NCBI GenBank assembly: GCA_937975855.1
Contig: CALJTT010000010.1
Location: forward strand, 1 to 55,024
Direction: 5' to 3'
From: Minisyncoccota bacterium
GTDB taxonomy: Bacteria; Patescibacteriota; Minisyncoccia; Phycocordibacterales; UBA918
DNA: 55,024 nt
Made by a program: the position numbers and the translations under genes. The notes beneath the pieces are model-generated. The model was not told where the DNA came from, made no database searches, and was given only the letters and a program-made list of their open reading frames with translations. This document shows, in pieces, positions 25,404 to 35,544 of this stretch. Position 1 is the first letter of the stretch. The number at the start of each line of letters is the position of its first letter.

Positions 25404-25781
25404 ATGAGGCTTCATCATATTGCTCTAGCTGTCGCAGATGTTGATGCTAGCGCTGCTTGGTACGGCGAATATTTTTCTTTTAAGGAATTGCACCGATATG
25501 AAAAAGGCGGCAAAACATTTTGCATGATTGATTGTGATGGGTTTCGCCTGGAATTAATTTCTGGCGATGATACCCAGGATCTCGCAAAAGCCCAATCAGC
25601 CACCCCGCGCTGGATGCGACATTTTTGTATCGAGGTTGAACGTTTAGATGAGATATTCAACCGCTTATCTGGCGCTGGCGTAACGATTGAAAAAGAATTA
25701 ACCGAAGCAGGATTCGGTGGACGTTATTTCTTTGTATCTGATGTAGATGGAAATATGATTGAGGTTTGGTCTAACGCATAA
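25404..25781 (+). CDS. VOC/glyoxalase-family protein
   Basis: 125 aa. MRLHHIALAVADVDASAAWY and RHFCIEV ... VSDVDGNMIEV show the paired beta-alpha-beta-beta-beta module pattern. Confidence 0.8.
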   Translation: MRLHHIALAVADVDASAAWYGEYFSFKELHRYEKGGKTFCMIDCDGFRLELISGDDTQDLAKAQSATPRWMRHFCIEVERLDEIFNRLSGAGVTIEKELTEAGFGGRYFFVSDVDGNMIEVWSNA

Positions 25782-26359
25782 TGTCCTACAACATCTACAC
25801 AACCGACGCGATTGTTTGTGGGACGTATGACCGCAATACTTCTGATCGTAGCTATCGGTTGTTTACTCAAAAACTAGGAATGGTTTGGGCAGACGCGCGT
25901 AGCGTGCGGGCAGAGAAGTCGAAACAGCGCAGTGCGCTGACAGATTTTTCTTTGGTCAGAATATCGTTGGTGCGAGGCAAGGCCGGGTGGAAGATCGGCA
26001 GTGTGGTAGCGCAAACAAACTTTTACCACGCAGCTACCGACCAGGCGGCACGGGGAAGTGTAGTGTCGATTGTGCGTCTCGTGCGTCGGTATCTGCAGGG
26101 GGAAGAGACCAACGTTGAATTGTTTGACTTCGTGACTGAGGCGTTAAAAACAGCTGGTGGCAGTATCGAGCATCGAGCATTTTTTGACGGTTGCGTGGCG
26201 GCCCGCTGCCTGACTCTTTTGGGATATGTGGCTACCGACCGACTGCCGGACGATGTCAGTTCGCGGCCGGCCGCAGAATTTCCTGCGCTATTTAGTGTCA
26301 AGGTCGAACGAAAGGTCAAAGATGTGCTCAGAATCGCCGAGGCCGCTAGCCAGCTTTAA
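25781..26359 (+). CDS. recO: RecO-like DNA repair protein (short form)
   Basis: 192 aa. OB-fold-like N-terminus (DAIVCGTYDRNTSDRSYRLFTQKLGMVWADARSVRAEKSKQRSAL) followed by a helical domain. The assignment is from pattern only. Confidence 0.5.
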   Translation: MSYNIYTTDAIVCGTYDRNTSDRSYRLFTQKLGMVWADARSVRAEKSKQRSALTDFSLVRISLVRGKAGWKIGSVVAQTNFYHAATDQAARGSVVSIVRLVRRYLQGEETNVELFDFVTEALKTAGGSIEHRAFFDGCVAARCLTLLGYVATDRLPDDVSSRPAAEFPALFSVKVERKVKDVLRIAEAASQL

Positions 26360-26395
26360 TTCCGCTATTCTGGCAAAGTGATATACTGATTTGCA

Positions 26396-28402
26396 ATGAC
26401 TGACGTACACGACAGCGAAGAACTGCGAGCCTTGCGGCGCAAGCTATACGCGCGCAGCAGCGCAGCAAATTCTGTTCAACAACACGAACTCAGTAACCCT
26501 GAGGTCGATGTTTCGCGTAACTGGAATTTACCTAATCAACCGCAACCCCAAGTTCAGGCACAACCGCAGCCGCAAGTCGTCACTCCAGCACCCGCCGCCG
26601 CCCAGCCTACACAAGTAACTTCACCCGTCACCCGACCGCAAGAATCGGTTGTAGAAAACGCTCCGGCTGCCCCGGCCCCAGTCAAGCGTAGACGCCGTTA
26701 CCGTACGTTTATTCTGATCGCTAGTTTGCTGGTATTTATATTTGGCGTCGGTCTGTCTAGTTTGTACCTATACATGGGCGGCAATCAGATCTCTAGTGCT
26801 CAGATCGATATTGACCTGCAAGGTCCATTTACCATAGGTGGTGGAGAAGTTCTAAAGATGCAGGTTTCTCTAGGTAATCAAAACACCGTACCGATCGAGT
26901 CGGCTACATTAGTAATGAAGTATCCGCCAGGCACGCGGTCTGTTGGCGAGGCTCCACGGAACTTGTTTGAAGAACGCATTCCGATTCGCAACATCGCACC
27001 AAACGAATATCGAAACGTGCCGGTTAGCGTCATTGTTTTTGGGGAAGAACAAAGTGAACAAAACATCAGCGCAACTATCGAATATCGTATAGCTGGTTCT
27101 AGCGGAACTTTCTACAAAGACGCTGAGCCACTGAAATTTAGCATCAGTTCGTCGCCGTTGTTGGTGCGACTTGAAAGTGTCGAAAAGGTTGCCTCAGGCC
27201 AAACTGTCGACGTGACCATGACGTTAGTTTCAAACGCCTCGTCTCCACTGAAAGACATCCTAGTGAGTGCCGAATATCCCAACGGGTTCCGATTCGAATC
27301 AGCTGATCCTTCGCCAGTGTTTGGACAAAACGTGTGGCGGGTGGACGAACTGTTGCCACAAGAGTCAAAGACGATCACCTTGACCGGTGTAGTACTTGGG
27401 CTGACCGAAGAAACATTCCGGATCAACGTCGACGCTGGTCCAGCGCTGCCAGACAATCCATTTATAGTTGGCTCGGTTTTGGCCGAGACAGGAATCGACT
27501 TCTTTATCGAACGACCGTTTATTAATGTTGTCACCAAAATAAATGGTGATAGTAATAGCACCCATGTTCTTGAACAAGATGAAACTTCTAGAGTTGATGT
27601 TCTGGTGACCAATACACTCGAAGAGACGGTGTACGACATGTTTGTTGAAGTCATTCCCGGCGGTAACGTGCTTGACGAGCAATCGATCTCTGCAGGCAGC
27701 GGATTTTATGATTCTAACTCGGGGACAGTTCAGTGGCGAGTAGCAAACAACAGTACGTTTGCCGTCATTCGCCCGGGGGAAACACGGTCCCTCTCGTTTG
27801 GCGTTCGAACTGCCGAAGTGCAGTCAACAGCCGCTTATGACCTGGTAGTCAACGTCTACGCTCGTAGGGTAGCCGAGCGCAGCGCGTCAGAGCAGTTGAT
27901 CGGTACAGCACAAACCGGCGTCAAATTTTCTTCAGAAATATTTACCGGCAGCCAGGTAGGACGCAATGATGCAGGCCTAAGCGATCGGGGCCCAATTCCG
28001 CCTAAAGTTGGCGAAGAGACAACATACACCCTGACCATGGTGGCCGAGGCCGGGGTGAATGATATTGTTGACGTAATTGGTAACGCCTCACTACCAGTCC
28101 ATGTAAAATGGCTGAACTCTGTTGAGGGTGATGGTGACTTGGTCTTTAACCCAGTTTCCAAACAACTTGAATGGAAAGCCGGAAATATTTTATCTAAGGC
28201 ACGCAAACAAGTATCGTTCCAAGTTGCAATAACGCCCAGCACCTCGCAAGTTGGTTCGTCACCAACGCTTATGAATAGTCAGACGCTGCGGGCAACGGAT
28301 CGCTTTACAGACGCTCGATTGCAGTCAAGTGCAGGGCCGGTGTACACTGAACTTTCAACTGAGGCTGGTTTTGAAGAGGAAAATGGTAAAGTGCAGCGGT
28401 AA
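26396..28402 (+). CDS. Single-pass membrane protein with a large beta-rich ectodomain
   Basis: 668 aa. PQ-rich low-complexity N-terminus (QPQPQVQAQPQPQVV), RRRRYR followed by a TM helix (TFILIASLLVFIFGVGLSSLYLYM), then ~530 aa without a catalytic motif. Confidence 0.68.
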   Translation: MTDVHDSEELRALRRKLYARSSAANSVQQHELSNPEVDVSRNWNLPNQPQPQVQAQPQPQVVTPAPAAAQPTQVTSPVTRPQESVVENAPAAPAPVKRRRRYRTFILIASLLVFIFGVGLSSLYLYMGGNQISSAQIDIDLQGPFTIGGGEVLKMQVSLGNQNTVPIESATLVMKYPPGTRSVGEAPRNLFEERIPIRNIAPNEYRNVPVSVIVFGEEQSEQNISATIEYRIAGSSGTFYKDAEPLKFSISSSPLLVRLESVEKVASGQTVDVTMTLVSNASSPLKDILVSAEYPNGFRFESADPSPVFGQNVWRVDELLPQESKTITLTGVVLGLTEETFRINVDAGPALPDNPFIVGSVLAETGIDFFIERPFINVVTKINGDSNSTHVLEQDETSRVDVLVTNTLEETVYDMFVEVIPGGNVLDEQSISAGSGFYDSNSGTVQWRVANNSTFAVIRPGETRSLSFGVRTAEVQSTAAYDLVVNVYARRVAERSASEQLIGTAQTGVKFSSEIFTGSQVGRNDAGLSDRGPIPPKVGEETTYTLTMVAEAGVNDIVDVIGNASLPVHVKWLNSVEGDGDLVFNPVSKQLEWKAGNILSKARKQVSFQVAITPSTSQVGSSPTLMNSQTLRATDRFTDARLQSSAGPVYTELSTEAGFEEENGKVQR

Positions 28403-28413
28403 GTAAGATACAT

Positions 28414-29802
28414 ATGACAGACAATGAGAACAAGATGGAAAAAATCGTCTCACTCGCCAAGCGACGTGGGTTTGTGTTTCCCGGAAGTGAAATTTATGGG
28501 GGACTCAAAGGTACTTGGGACCTGGGTCCGCTTGGAGTCGCTTTAAATAACAATCTGAAACAAGAATGGTGGAAGATGTTCGTCGACGGTCGCGAAGACA
28601 TGTATGGACTCGACGCGTCTATTTTAATGAACGCCAAAGTATGGGAGGCAAGTGGACATACAGGCGCGGGATTTTGCGACCCTTTGGTGGAAGACGTAGA
28701 AACCGGTGAGCGTTTTAGAGCGGACCACCTCCTTAAAGATAATGGGATCGAAGCAGAAGGAATGACCTTGTCAGAGATCGATGCTCTGATTAAAGAGAAA
28801 GATATAAAAAGTCCAAAAGGTAATGACCTGACAAACGCGCGTGAATTTAACATGATGTTTGAAAGTCGGGTCGGCGCTACCGCGGGTGACGAAGGAAAGG
28901 TATATCTCCGTCCCGAAACAGCTCAGGGAATCTTTGTAAATTTTAAAAACGTCGTCGACACAATGGCGCCAAAAATGCCGTTTGGTATCGCACAGATTGG
29001 CAAGGCTTTTCGTAACGAAATCGCGCCACGCGAGTGGTTGTTCCGCGTGCGTGAGTTTGAACAAATGGAGATCGAATATTTTGTAGCTGAAGATCAATGG
29101 GAAGCAGAGTACGCAAAGCTGCTCGAAGACATTCGAGCGTGGCATCAGCACATTGGTCTGCTAGACGAAAACATTCGTGAATATGAAGTGCCGGATAATG
29201 ACTTGGCGCACTATAGTAAACGAACAATTGATTTTGAATATAACTATCCTGGGAAAGGCTTTGACGAGCTGGCTGGTTTTGCATACCGAACTGACCATGA
29301 CCTAAAAAATCACGAAGAAGCCAGTGGAACTAAAATGCGTTATACGCCCGTCGACGGTGTGCCATTTATTCCGCATGTGCTGGAACCGTCTTTTGGTATT
29401 GGGCGTGCGTTAACGGCTGTTCTGTGCGAAGCGTATACCGAAGACACCATGGGCGAATCATCTCGTATGTACCTCAAACTGCCTGCACACCTCGCCCCAT
29501 ACCGAGTCGCAGTCTCACCACTCCTCAAAAACAAACCACAGCTGGTCGAGAAGGCACGCGAAGTATTTACAATGCTGAAGAAAGAATTTGGCAACGTCGC
29601 GTGGGACGACAACGGCAACGTCGGCAAGCGCTATCGCCGCCAGGACGAGATCGGTACACCACATTGCGTCGTGATCGACTTCGACACACTCGGAGAAGAA
29701 TCTCCAGAACACAAAGACACAGTGACTGTGCGGGATAGGGATACGGGGGAACAGAAGAGGGTTGCGATTGGTGAGCTTGCAAGTTACTTGTTGCAAGTCT
29801 AA
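28414..29802 (+). CDS. glyQS: Glycyl-tRNA synthetase (homodimeric GlyQS type)
   Basis: 462 aa. KRRGFVFPGSEIYGGLKGTWDLGPLG signature, class II motifs, and a C-terminal anticodon-binding domain. Confidence 0.93.
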   Translation: MTDNENKMEKIVSLAKRRGFVFPGSEIYGGLKGTWDLGPLGVALNNNLKQEWWKMFVDGREDMYGLDASILMNAKVWEASGHTGAGFCDPLVEDVETGERFRADHLLKDNGIEAEGMTLSEIDALIKEKDIKSPKGNDLTNAREFNMMFESRVGATAGDEGKVYLRPETAQGIFVNFKNVVDTMAPKMPFGIAQIGKAFRNEIAPREWLFRVREFEQMEIEYFVAEDQWEAEYAKLLEDIRAWHQHIGLLDENIREYEVPDNDLAHYSKRTIDFEYNYPGKGFDELAGFAYRTDHDLKNHEEASGTKMRYTPVDGVPFIPHVLEPSFGIGRALTAVLCEAYTEDTMGESSRMYLKLPAHLAPYRVAVSPLLKNKPQLVEKAREVFTMLKKEFGNVAWDDNGNVGKRYRRQDEIGTPHCVVIDFDTLGEESPEHKDTVTVRDRDTGEQKRVAIGELASYLLQV

Positions 29803-29813
29803 TTTCTTTACCT

Positions 29814-31310
29814 ATGGATAAAAAAGCCAAATACATCACTACCACGCTACCTTACGTAAATGCCGAGCCGCATATTGGCACGGTACTTGAAATCGCCCAG
29901 GCCGACTGCCTGGCGCGATATTATCGTTTGATGGGTCACGAGGTGTTTTTTAGTACGGGTACTGACGAACATGGGCAAAAGATTGCACAAAAGGCCGACG
30001 AGTTGGGGCAAGATAGACATGAATATGTTGATGAATACGCTGCCACGTTTGAGAAGCTGCGTGAAGCATTGAACCTATCGAACGACGCCTTCATCCGCAC
30101 AACCAGCGAAGATCATAAAAAGGCCGCCCAAGAAATCTGGAAACGCTGTGAAGCAGCGGGGGATATTTATAAAAAATCCTATACCGGCTTGTACTGTGTC
30201 GGCTGCGAGGTTTATTACAAACAAGACGAACTAGACGAAAACAACTGTTGTTTGATCCACCTCAAACCAGTCGAAGAGGTCGAAGAGGAGAACTACTTCT
30301 TTCGCTTGTCTAAGTATCAGGACCAGCTAGTCGCGTATCTAGAGGACGAGTCGCGTACGCCTACTGCCTGGGCGCGTACCTGGACTCTCGAGTTTGCCAA
30401 AGGTGGCCTGGAGGACGTGTCGATTTCGCGTCATGTGTCACGTATGGACTGGGGAGTGCCAGTTCCCGGCGACGACGAGCACGTCATGTACGTGTGGTTC
30501 GACGCGCTGACAAACTACATCAGCACGCTGGGCTGGCCAGACGAATCGCCTGATGGAAACTTTCAAAAGTTTTGGGTAGACGGCGACACGTTGCAGTTGG
30601 CAGGGAAGGATCAAATGCGCTTCCAGTCATTGATCTGGCAGGCGATGCTGTTGTCAGCCGAGTTGCCGCAAACGGATGTGATCCAGTATCACGGCTTTAT
30701 AAATATCGACGGACAAAAGATCAGCAAGAGTATCGGCAACGTCATCTCACCATACGAGGTGGTTGAGAAGTACGGCACAGACGCTACGCGTTATTTCCTG
30801 TTGCGACACATGCACCCAACCGAGGACTCAGACATCACCTGGGCCAAGATGGACGAGTGGTATACCGCAAATCTGGTGAATGGGATTGGTAACCTGACCG
30901 CACGGATTATGAAGATGGCACAGACGCATCTGACGGTAGAAGAAATTCAGTCGCACATAGAGAGTAAACAAGTCGACGACCTTTTTGAACTACAAAACGA
31001 CAATCCACAGTCCGTACCAGACTTGGCGCACTACACAGCCAGTTTTTCTACATACAATCTCCAGGGCGCATCTAACAACGTCTGGCAATTAATCGGCGAT
31101 CTGGACCAAATGATTCAAGATACCGAACCATTTAAGTTGATAAAGACTGACGAAGCGAAAGCGAAAGAAATTATCGTTACATTGGTAGGCAAGCTGCAAG
31201 ATGTTGCGACAAGACTGATTCCACTAATGCCAGAGACTGCAGAAATCATCTATCAAGCAGTAAGGGAAAATAAGAAGCCAGAGAATTTATTTGGCAGGTT
31301 AGAGAGTTAG
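29814..31310 (+). CDS. metG: Methionyl-tRNA synthetase (short form, no C-terminal tRNA-binding domain)
   Basis: 498 aa. PYVNAEPHIGT (HIGH), a Cys knuckle (CVGCEVYY...NCCLIH) and KISKSIGN (KMSKS). Confidence 0.93.
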   Translation: MDKKAKYITTTLPYVNAEPHIGTVLEIAQADCLARYYRLMGHEVFFSTGTDEHGQKIAQKADELGQDRHEYVDEYAATFEKLREALNLSNDAFIRTTSEDHKKAAQEIWKRCEAAGDIYKKSYTGLYCVGCEVYYKQDELDENNCCLIHLKPVEEVEEENYFFRLSKYQDQLVAYLEDESRTPTAWARTWTLEFAKGGLEDVSISRHVSRMDWGVPVPGDDEHVMYVWFDALTNYISTLGWPDESPDGNFQKFWVDGDTLQLAGKDQMRFQSLIWQAMLLSAELPQTDVIQYHGFINIDGQKISKSIGNVISPYEVVEKYGTDATRYFLLRHMHPTEDSDITWAKMDEWYTANLVNGIGNLTARIMKMAQTHLTVEEIQSHIESKQVDDLFELQNDNPQSVPDLAHYTASFSTYNLQGASNNVWQLIGDLDQMIQDTEPFKLIKTDEAKAKEIIVTLVGKLQDVATRLIPLMPETAEIIYQAVRENKKPENLFGRLES

Positions 31311-31312
31311 TT

Positions 31313-31705
31313 ATGAATAAAGATTTTGAAACGTTACGCGTCCTTGCGCACAAAAATATTACGAACAACCCCTTCTTCAAAGGCAAGGATGAGACTGAAC
31401 TCATTGGATACTTTTTTTCAGGAATTCAAGGTGAAGTTTCCGAAGTCGAAATTGAGTTAAAGCCACAAAACTCTGTTCATCTGACTGACGAATTAAGCGA
31501 CATTATATGGACAAACTTGATGTTGCTTGAGACATGTGCTCGGGCAGGCTGGATTGATAGTATTGATTCCGTATACGAGCATGCTAAACAGAAGTTCATA
31601 GAGCGCTCGCCAGCTTTTGAAACAGCAGACGATAATTTGTGGCAAGAAATTAAAGAGAAACAAAAAGAAAAGCTCAAACGAAACCACGAAGACCGGTATG
31701 GTTAA
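31313..31705 (+). CDS. MazG-like nucleotide pyrophosphohydrolase
   Basis: 130 aa, all-alpha. Contains EVSEVEIEL and LTDELSDIIWTNLML (ExxE ... ExxD metal motifs). Confidence 0.68.
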   Translation: MNKDFETLRVLAHKNITNNPFFKGKDETELIGYFFSGIQGEVSEVEIELKPQNSVHLTDELSDIIWTNLMLLETCARAGWIDSIDSVYEHAKQKFIERSPAFETADDNLWQEIKEKQKEKLKRNHEDRYG

Positions 31706-32285
31706 AAATAATCCCATGAAAAACGTCATCATCATTCACGGCAAGCCGTCTAAGGAAAATTACTATGATCCTGCTCTTGGTACATCTAGTAACTTCGCGT
31801 GGATTCCGTGGCTGCAGAAGCAGCTGTTGGTGCGCGACATCATGCCCAATGTGCCCGAGATGCCGCACGCTTATCTGCCCGAGTACACCAGCTGGAAGCG
31901 TGAGTTTGAACGCTTCGATATAACTCCAGACACGACCTTAGTTGGGCATAGTATGGCTGGGGGATTTTTGCTGCGTTGGTTGTCTGAAAATCTAGATGCA
32001 TCTCCAGCGCGTGTTGTTCTTGTTGCTCCATCACTCGACCCATTGTGCAAGAACGAAACTGGATTTTGTGAGTTTGAAATCGACAGCGCAATCACTGATC
32101 GTACGCAGCTAATCGTGATGACAAGTGATAATGATTCTGAGAAAGCCGAGACATCGCGGCAAATGATCATCGACGCCCTGCCGACCACTGACGTCAGGAT
32201 GTTTCCTGGCTACGGACATTTTATTCCTGAGCACAGTCTAGGGAAAGACACGTTAGAAGAGCTTTTAGCTATTATTTTGGAGTAG
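31698..32285 (+). CDS. Alpha/beta serine hydrolase (YdeN/RBBP9-like)
   Basis: VIIIHG ... WIPWL ... LVGHSMAGGF (GxSxG) ... GHF. The ATG at 31698 overlaps the mazG-like stop codon. Confidence 0.62.
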   Translation: MVKNNPMKNVIIIHGKPSKENYYDPALGTSSNFAWIPWLQKQLLVRDIMPNVPEMPHAYLPEYTSWKREFERFDITPDTTLVGHSMAGGFLLRWLSENLDASPARVVLVAPSLDPLCKNETGFCEFEIDSAITDRTQLIVMTSDNDSEKAETSRQMIIDALPTTDVRMFPGYGHFIPEHSLGKDTLEELLAIILE

Positions 32286-32286
32286 T

Positions 32287-33528
32287 TTGAAAGAAATCAT
32301 CATGCCTGACGTCTTAACTAGTATGAATGTATTTGGAAGGAAGGTGATTGACTTGCTTGTGATGACTGCGCTGCTGGGGCTTTTGTTGTGGATTTTATTA
32401 CCGACGGGGGTGCGCGCTGCTGGACCTGAGATTTCTGGTTGGGTGCCGTGGTGGGCCCCAGACGAGGGGATTGAAGAGGTGATCGACAACATGGACGAGA
32501 TCGATATTGTCTATCCATTTATATACGAGATTGAAGGTGGTGGTGACATTGTGGCCAAGGTAGATATAGAGCGGGGCGTTTGGGAAGATTTGCTAGAAGA
32601 GGCGGACGACGAGCGAGTCGAAGTCATTCCAACCCTTGCTTGGTTTGACGGCGAGGCGATTCACGCTGTTTTGTCTGACCGGCGCGAGCGACGGCAGCTG
32701 GTGTCAGATATCGAAGACTTGGTCGACGATAATAACTTTGACGGAATCAATATTGACTTTGAACAAAAGTGGTCGGAGACGATCGATGATTACTCACTTT
32801 TCCTCAAGGAACTAAATCGTGCCCTTGGCCGCGACGATCTGACTTGTACTATCGAGGCGCGCATGGAGCCTGAACATCGATGGCGTAATGTGCCGAGCAA
32901 CATCACCTATGCCAACGACTACGAGGCGATTAACAAGCACTGCGACTGGGTCGAGCTGATGACATATGACCAGCAGCGGGCGGACCTGGTTTTCAACGAC
33001 CAACGGCGTGGCTTGCCATACAACCCAGTGGCCGATATCGACTGGGTCGAGCATGTGCTGCAGCTGGCTCTAGAAGATATCGACGCGGACAAGATCATGT
33101 TGGGCATTCCGACCTATGGTCGAGCGTATGATGTAACGGTTGCTCCAGATTGGTATAAAGATTATCAAAGGGTCGCATCGGTCGATCACTCAAGGGCGAT
33201 TGTGCTGGCTGACGACATCTACGATGTTCCTGTTGGACGCACAGAGGGCGGTGAGGCGATCATCACTTACTTCCCAGAGGACTCAGTTTGGAAGATTTTC
33301 AATCAACTACCGACTCCTGCCGGCACGCCGGATGGGTATGAGGCTGCCGCCAAGGCTTTGCTGGTTGCGAATATTACTGGTATCGAGATTCCGGTTCGCA
33401 TGTTGACCTGGGGCGATGCAAAAGCAGCCAAAGACAAGCTGGACCTAGCAACCGAGTACGACCTGAAGGGTGTCGCTTTCTTTAAATTCGACGGGGAAGA
33501 AGACGAGGATATTTGGGACCTGTTTTAG
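32287..33528 (+). CDS. Membrane-anchored glycoside hydrolase family 18-like protein
   Basis: N-terminal TM helix and FDGINIDFEQ (GH18 DxxDxDxE with the second Asp replaced by Asn). The start is either TTG at 32287 or ATG at 32302. Confidence 0.72.
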   Translation: MKEIIMPDVLTSMNVFGRKVIDLLVMTALLGLLLWILLPTGVRAAGPEISGWVPWWAPDEGIEEVIDNMDEIDIVYPFIYEIEGGGDIVAKVDIERGVWEDLLEEADDERVEVIPTLAWFDGEAIHAVLSDRRERRQLVSDIEDLVDDNNFDGINIDFEQKWSETIDDYSLFLKELNRALGRDDLTCTIEARMEPEHRWRNVPSNITYANDYEAINKHCDWVELMTYDQQRADLVFNDQRRGLPYNPVADIDWVEHVLQLALEDIDADKIMLGIPTYGRAYDVTVAPDWYKDYQRVASVDHSRAIVLADDIYDVPVGRTEGGEAIITYFPEDSVWKIFNQLPTPAGTPDGYEAAAKALLVANITGIEIPVRMLTWGDAKAAKDKLDLATEYDLKGVAFFKFDGEEDEDIWDLF

Positions 33529-33569
33529 CCAAAGTGGACTAAAACAGAGAAAAATGTTATAATCCCGAA

Positions 33570-33965
33570 ATGAATAAAAAAGCCCTACTAATACCGAGCA
33601 ACAACAAGAAAGAATTTTTCCTCCAGGACTGCCGAGGATACAAAACACCCGAATGGGGATTTTTTGGAGCGGACATTAAAACCGGAGACACACCGCTAAA
33701 GACAGTACTAAAAGTAGCAAAAGTAGAACTTGATTTAGACTTAAAAGAAGAAGATTTAGTGCACGTGGGGGAGTTCACCCAAGAATCTGAAAGTGAATCT
33801 ACCGAGCGCTCAATTTACGTGTACCGTAGCAACGCAGCCAAGTTCACCGTTAACAACGGTCCTGGTGGACACTGGCTCGGGCAAGGAGGTTGTATCAAGC
33901 GCCTAGAAGAAGACGAAAAATTTGAAGATATCTTAAAGGCTATACAGGCGTTACCTGAAGCGTAA
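33570..33965 (+). CDS. Small NUDIX-like protein with a degenerate NUDIX box
   Basis: 131 aa. GFFGADIKTGDTPLKTVLKVAKVELDLD only loosely follows Gx5Ex7REUxEExGU. Confidence 0.4.
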   Translation: MNKKALLIPSNNKKEFFLQDCRGYKTPEWGFFGADIKTGDTPLKTVLKVAKVELDLDLKEEDLVHVGEFTQESESESTERSIYVYRSNAAKFTVNNGPGGHWLGQGGCIKRLEEDEKFEDILKAIQALPEA

Positions 33966-34668
33966 CAGTTACGACCTTTTCTTCGCCGGGCATGAGACCG
34001 GTGTTTGGCAGTCCAAACTCACGATACTGCCAGATTGGTTCGATACAGACGTATTTACTAGCGTCATCGGTCCATAGACAGTATTCGTCGAAGCCAGTAC
34101 TGCTTATAGTGATGGTGTGATTTGCTGTTTGTAGAGTCGCATCTTTTGCCCGTTTATTCTCATCGAACATCGTTACAAAAACATCGTCTGGTGGCGTGTC
34201 TTGGGTGCATGTGTAGTCACCGATCTTAAATGAAAAGTCACTCCCGTGCGTTGCAAAGTACGGATGGAAGCCAAGCGAGATCGGCATTTGGTCTGGGTTG
34301 GGGCAGTCAGGTGCGCGACTGATGGTGACGTGGTAAAAGAGCGAGTTAGCCGTCTCGGTGATTTTGGTTGTGACAGTGTGGTTCCAATTAAACTTTTCTG
34401 TAGCTGAAAAATGACTGATGGCTGTAATGGTGTCGGTATCAGGGTTGTGCGATACGTCGCCATGGTCGCTGTACATCAACAGGCCGTGTAGGGGCAATTT
34501 ACATCCAGCAACATCACGCTGCTGCACGCTGAACTGCGGTACGCACAAAGGAATGCCGCCGCGGGTTTCGCCGCTTTCGTGTGGTTGTAAAGAGTGAATG
34601 ACAGACTTGCCTTTGTGCGCCCAGTGGACGAGGGTATGACCCGGTGTTACCGCGATTGTGTTTTCCAT
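33940..34668 (-). CDS. Aldose 1-epimerase superfamily (YeaD/glucose-6-phosphate 1-epimerase-like)
   Basis: TRGGIPLCVPQFS...LPLHGLL, GFHPYF and VCIEP match the YeaD motifs RGGVPVCWPWFG...LPAHGFAR, HTYF and VCVET. The start is set to the ATG at 34668, because the long ORF would overlap tatD. Confidence 0.68.
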   Translation of the reverse strand: MENTIAVTPGHTLVHWAHKGKSVIHSLQPHESGETRGGIPLCVPQFSVQQRDVAGCKLPLHGLLMYSDHGDVSHNPDTDTITAISHFSATEKFNWNHTVTTKITETANSLFYHVTISRAPDCPNPDQMPISLGFHPYFATHGSDFSFKIGDYTCTQDTPPDDVFVTMFDENKRAKDATLQTANHTITISSTGFDEYCLWTDDASKYVCIEPIWQYREFGLPNTGLMPGEEKVVTVTLQVTPV

Positions 34669-34692
34669 ATATCCGAGTGTATCATAGGCACT

Positions 34693-35544
34693 ATGAAATA
34701 CATCGACACACATGCTCACCTGAATATCGCCGCTTTTGACGAAGACCGGGCAGCTGTGATTGCCAAGTGTCGAGCAGAAGAAGTTACTGTTATAAACGTG
34801 GGCACCAAAGAAAGCACCAGTCAGTTGGCTGTAGAGATCGCAGAGGCCAACGACGACGTGTACGCCATCGTTGGCCTGCATCCGATTCAAACCACACCCG
34901 AGTATCACAGTACCGAAGAAATCGGTGAGGGAAGTGAACCATTCAAAAGTAAAGGAGAAGTCTTCAATAAAGACTTCTATCGAGACTTAGCTAAGAGCAA
35001 AAAGGTCGTCGGTATCGGCGAGTGCGGCTTTGATTTCTTCCGCTGTGACCCAGGTACCTATGCAGTCCAAGAAGAACAATTCATCGCACAGATCGAGCTG
35101 GCCAACGAACTAGAGCTGCCGTTGATGATCCATACGCGTGACGCCAAAGGCAATCAGGCCAGCGCAAACCCCAACGGCCGCAGTGCCTACGACGACGTGT
35201 ACGATGTTTTAAAGCAATACGCCAAAGTGCCTTTCAATGTTCATTTCTATGCCGGTAACTACGAACAGGCTAAAAAATTCTTCGACCTCGGTGGGACAAT
35301 TTCATTCACCGGCGTAATAACCTTCGCCAAGGACTACGAAGAAGTCGTGCGCGATGCGCCGCTCGACCGCATCCATGCCGAGACCGACTGTCCCTACGTC
35401 GCCCCCGTCCCACACCGCGGCCAGCGCTGCGAACCCTGGATGATGAAAGAGGTCCTACAGAAGATTGCCGATATCAAAGGGCTCGATGAGGAAGAGGTGA
35501 GAGAGCAGTTGTGGGAGAATGCACAAAGTTTGTACAGGATCTAG
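34693..35544 (+). CDS. tatD: TatD-family metal-dependent DNase/hydrolase
   Basis: MKYIDTHAHLN, GECGFDF, PLMIHTRDA, NVHFYAG and HAETDCPY. The start is set at the ATG at 34693. Confidence 0.88.
   Translation: MKYIDTHAHLNIAAFDEDRAAVIAKCRAEEVTVINVGTKESTSQLAVEIAEANDDVYAIVGLHPIQTTPEYHSTEEIGEGSEPFKSKGEVFNKDFYRDLAKSKKVVGIGECGFDFFRCDPGTYAVQEEQFIAQIELANELELPLMIHTRDAKGNQASANPNGRSAYDDVYDVLKQYAKVPFNVHFYAGNYEQAKKFFDLGGTISFTGVITFAKDYEEVVRDAPLDRIHAETDCPYVAPVPHRGQRCEPWMMKEVLQKIADIKGLDEEEVREQLWENAQSLYRI

Noticed and set aside
33940-34908. Full-length 322-aa minus ORF and 316-aa plus ORF (34594-35544), which overlap each other by ~300 nt.
   Set aside because: Homology begins only at the internal ATGs (34668 and 34693), and each of these is preceded by an extended -10 box. 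The N-terminal extensions are Cys/His-rich and resemble no known sequence.
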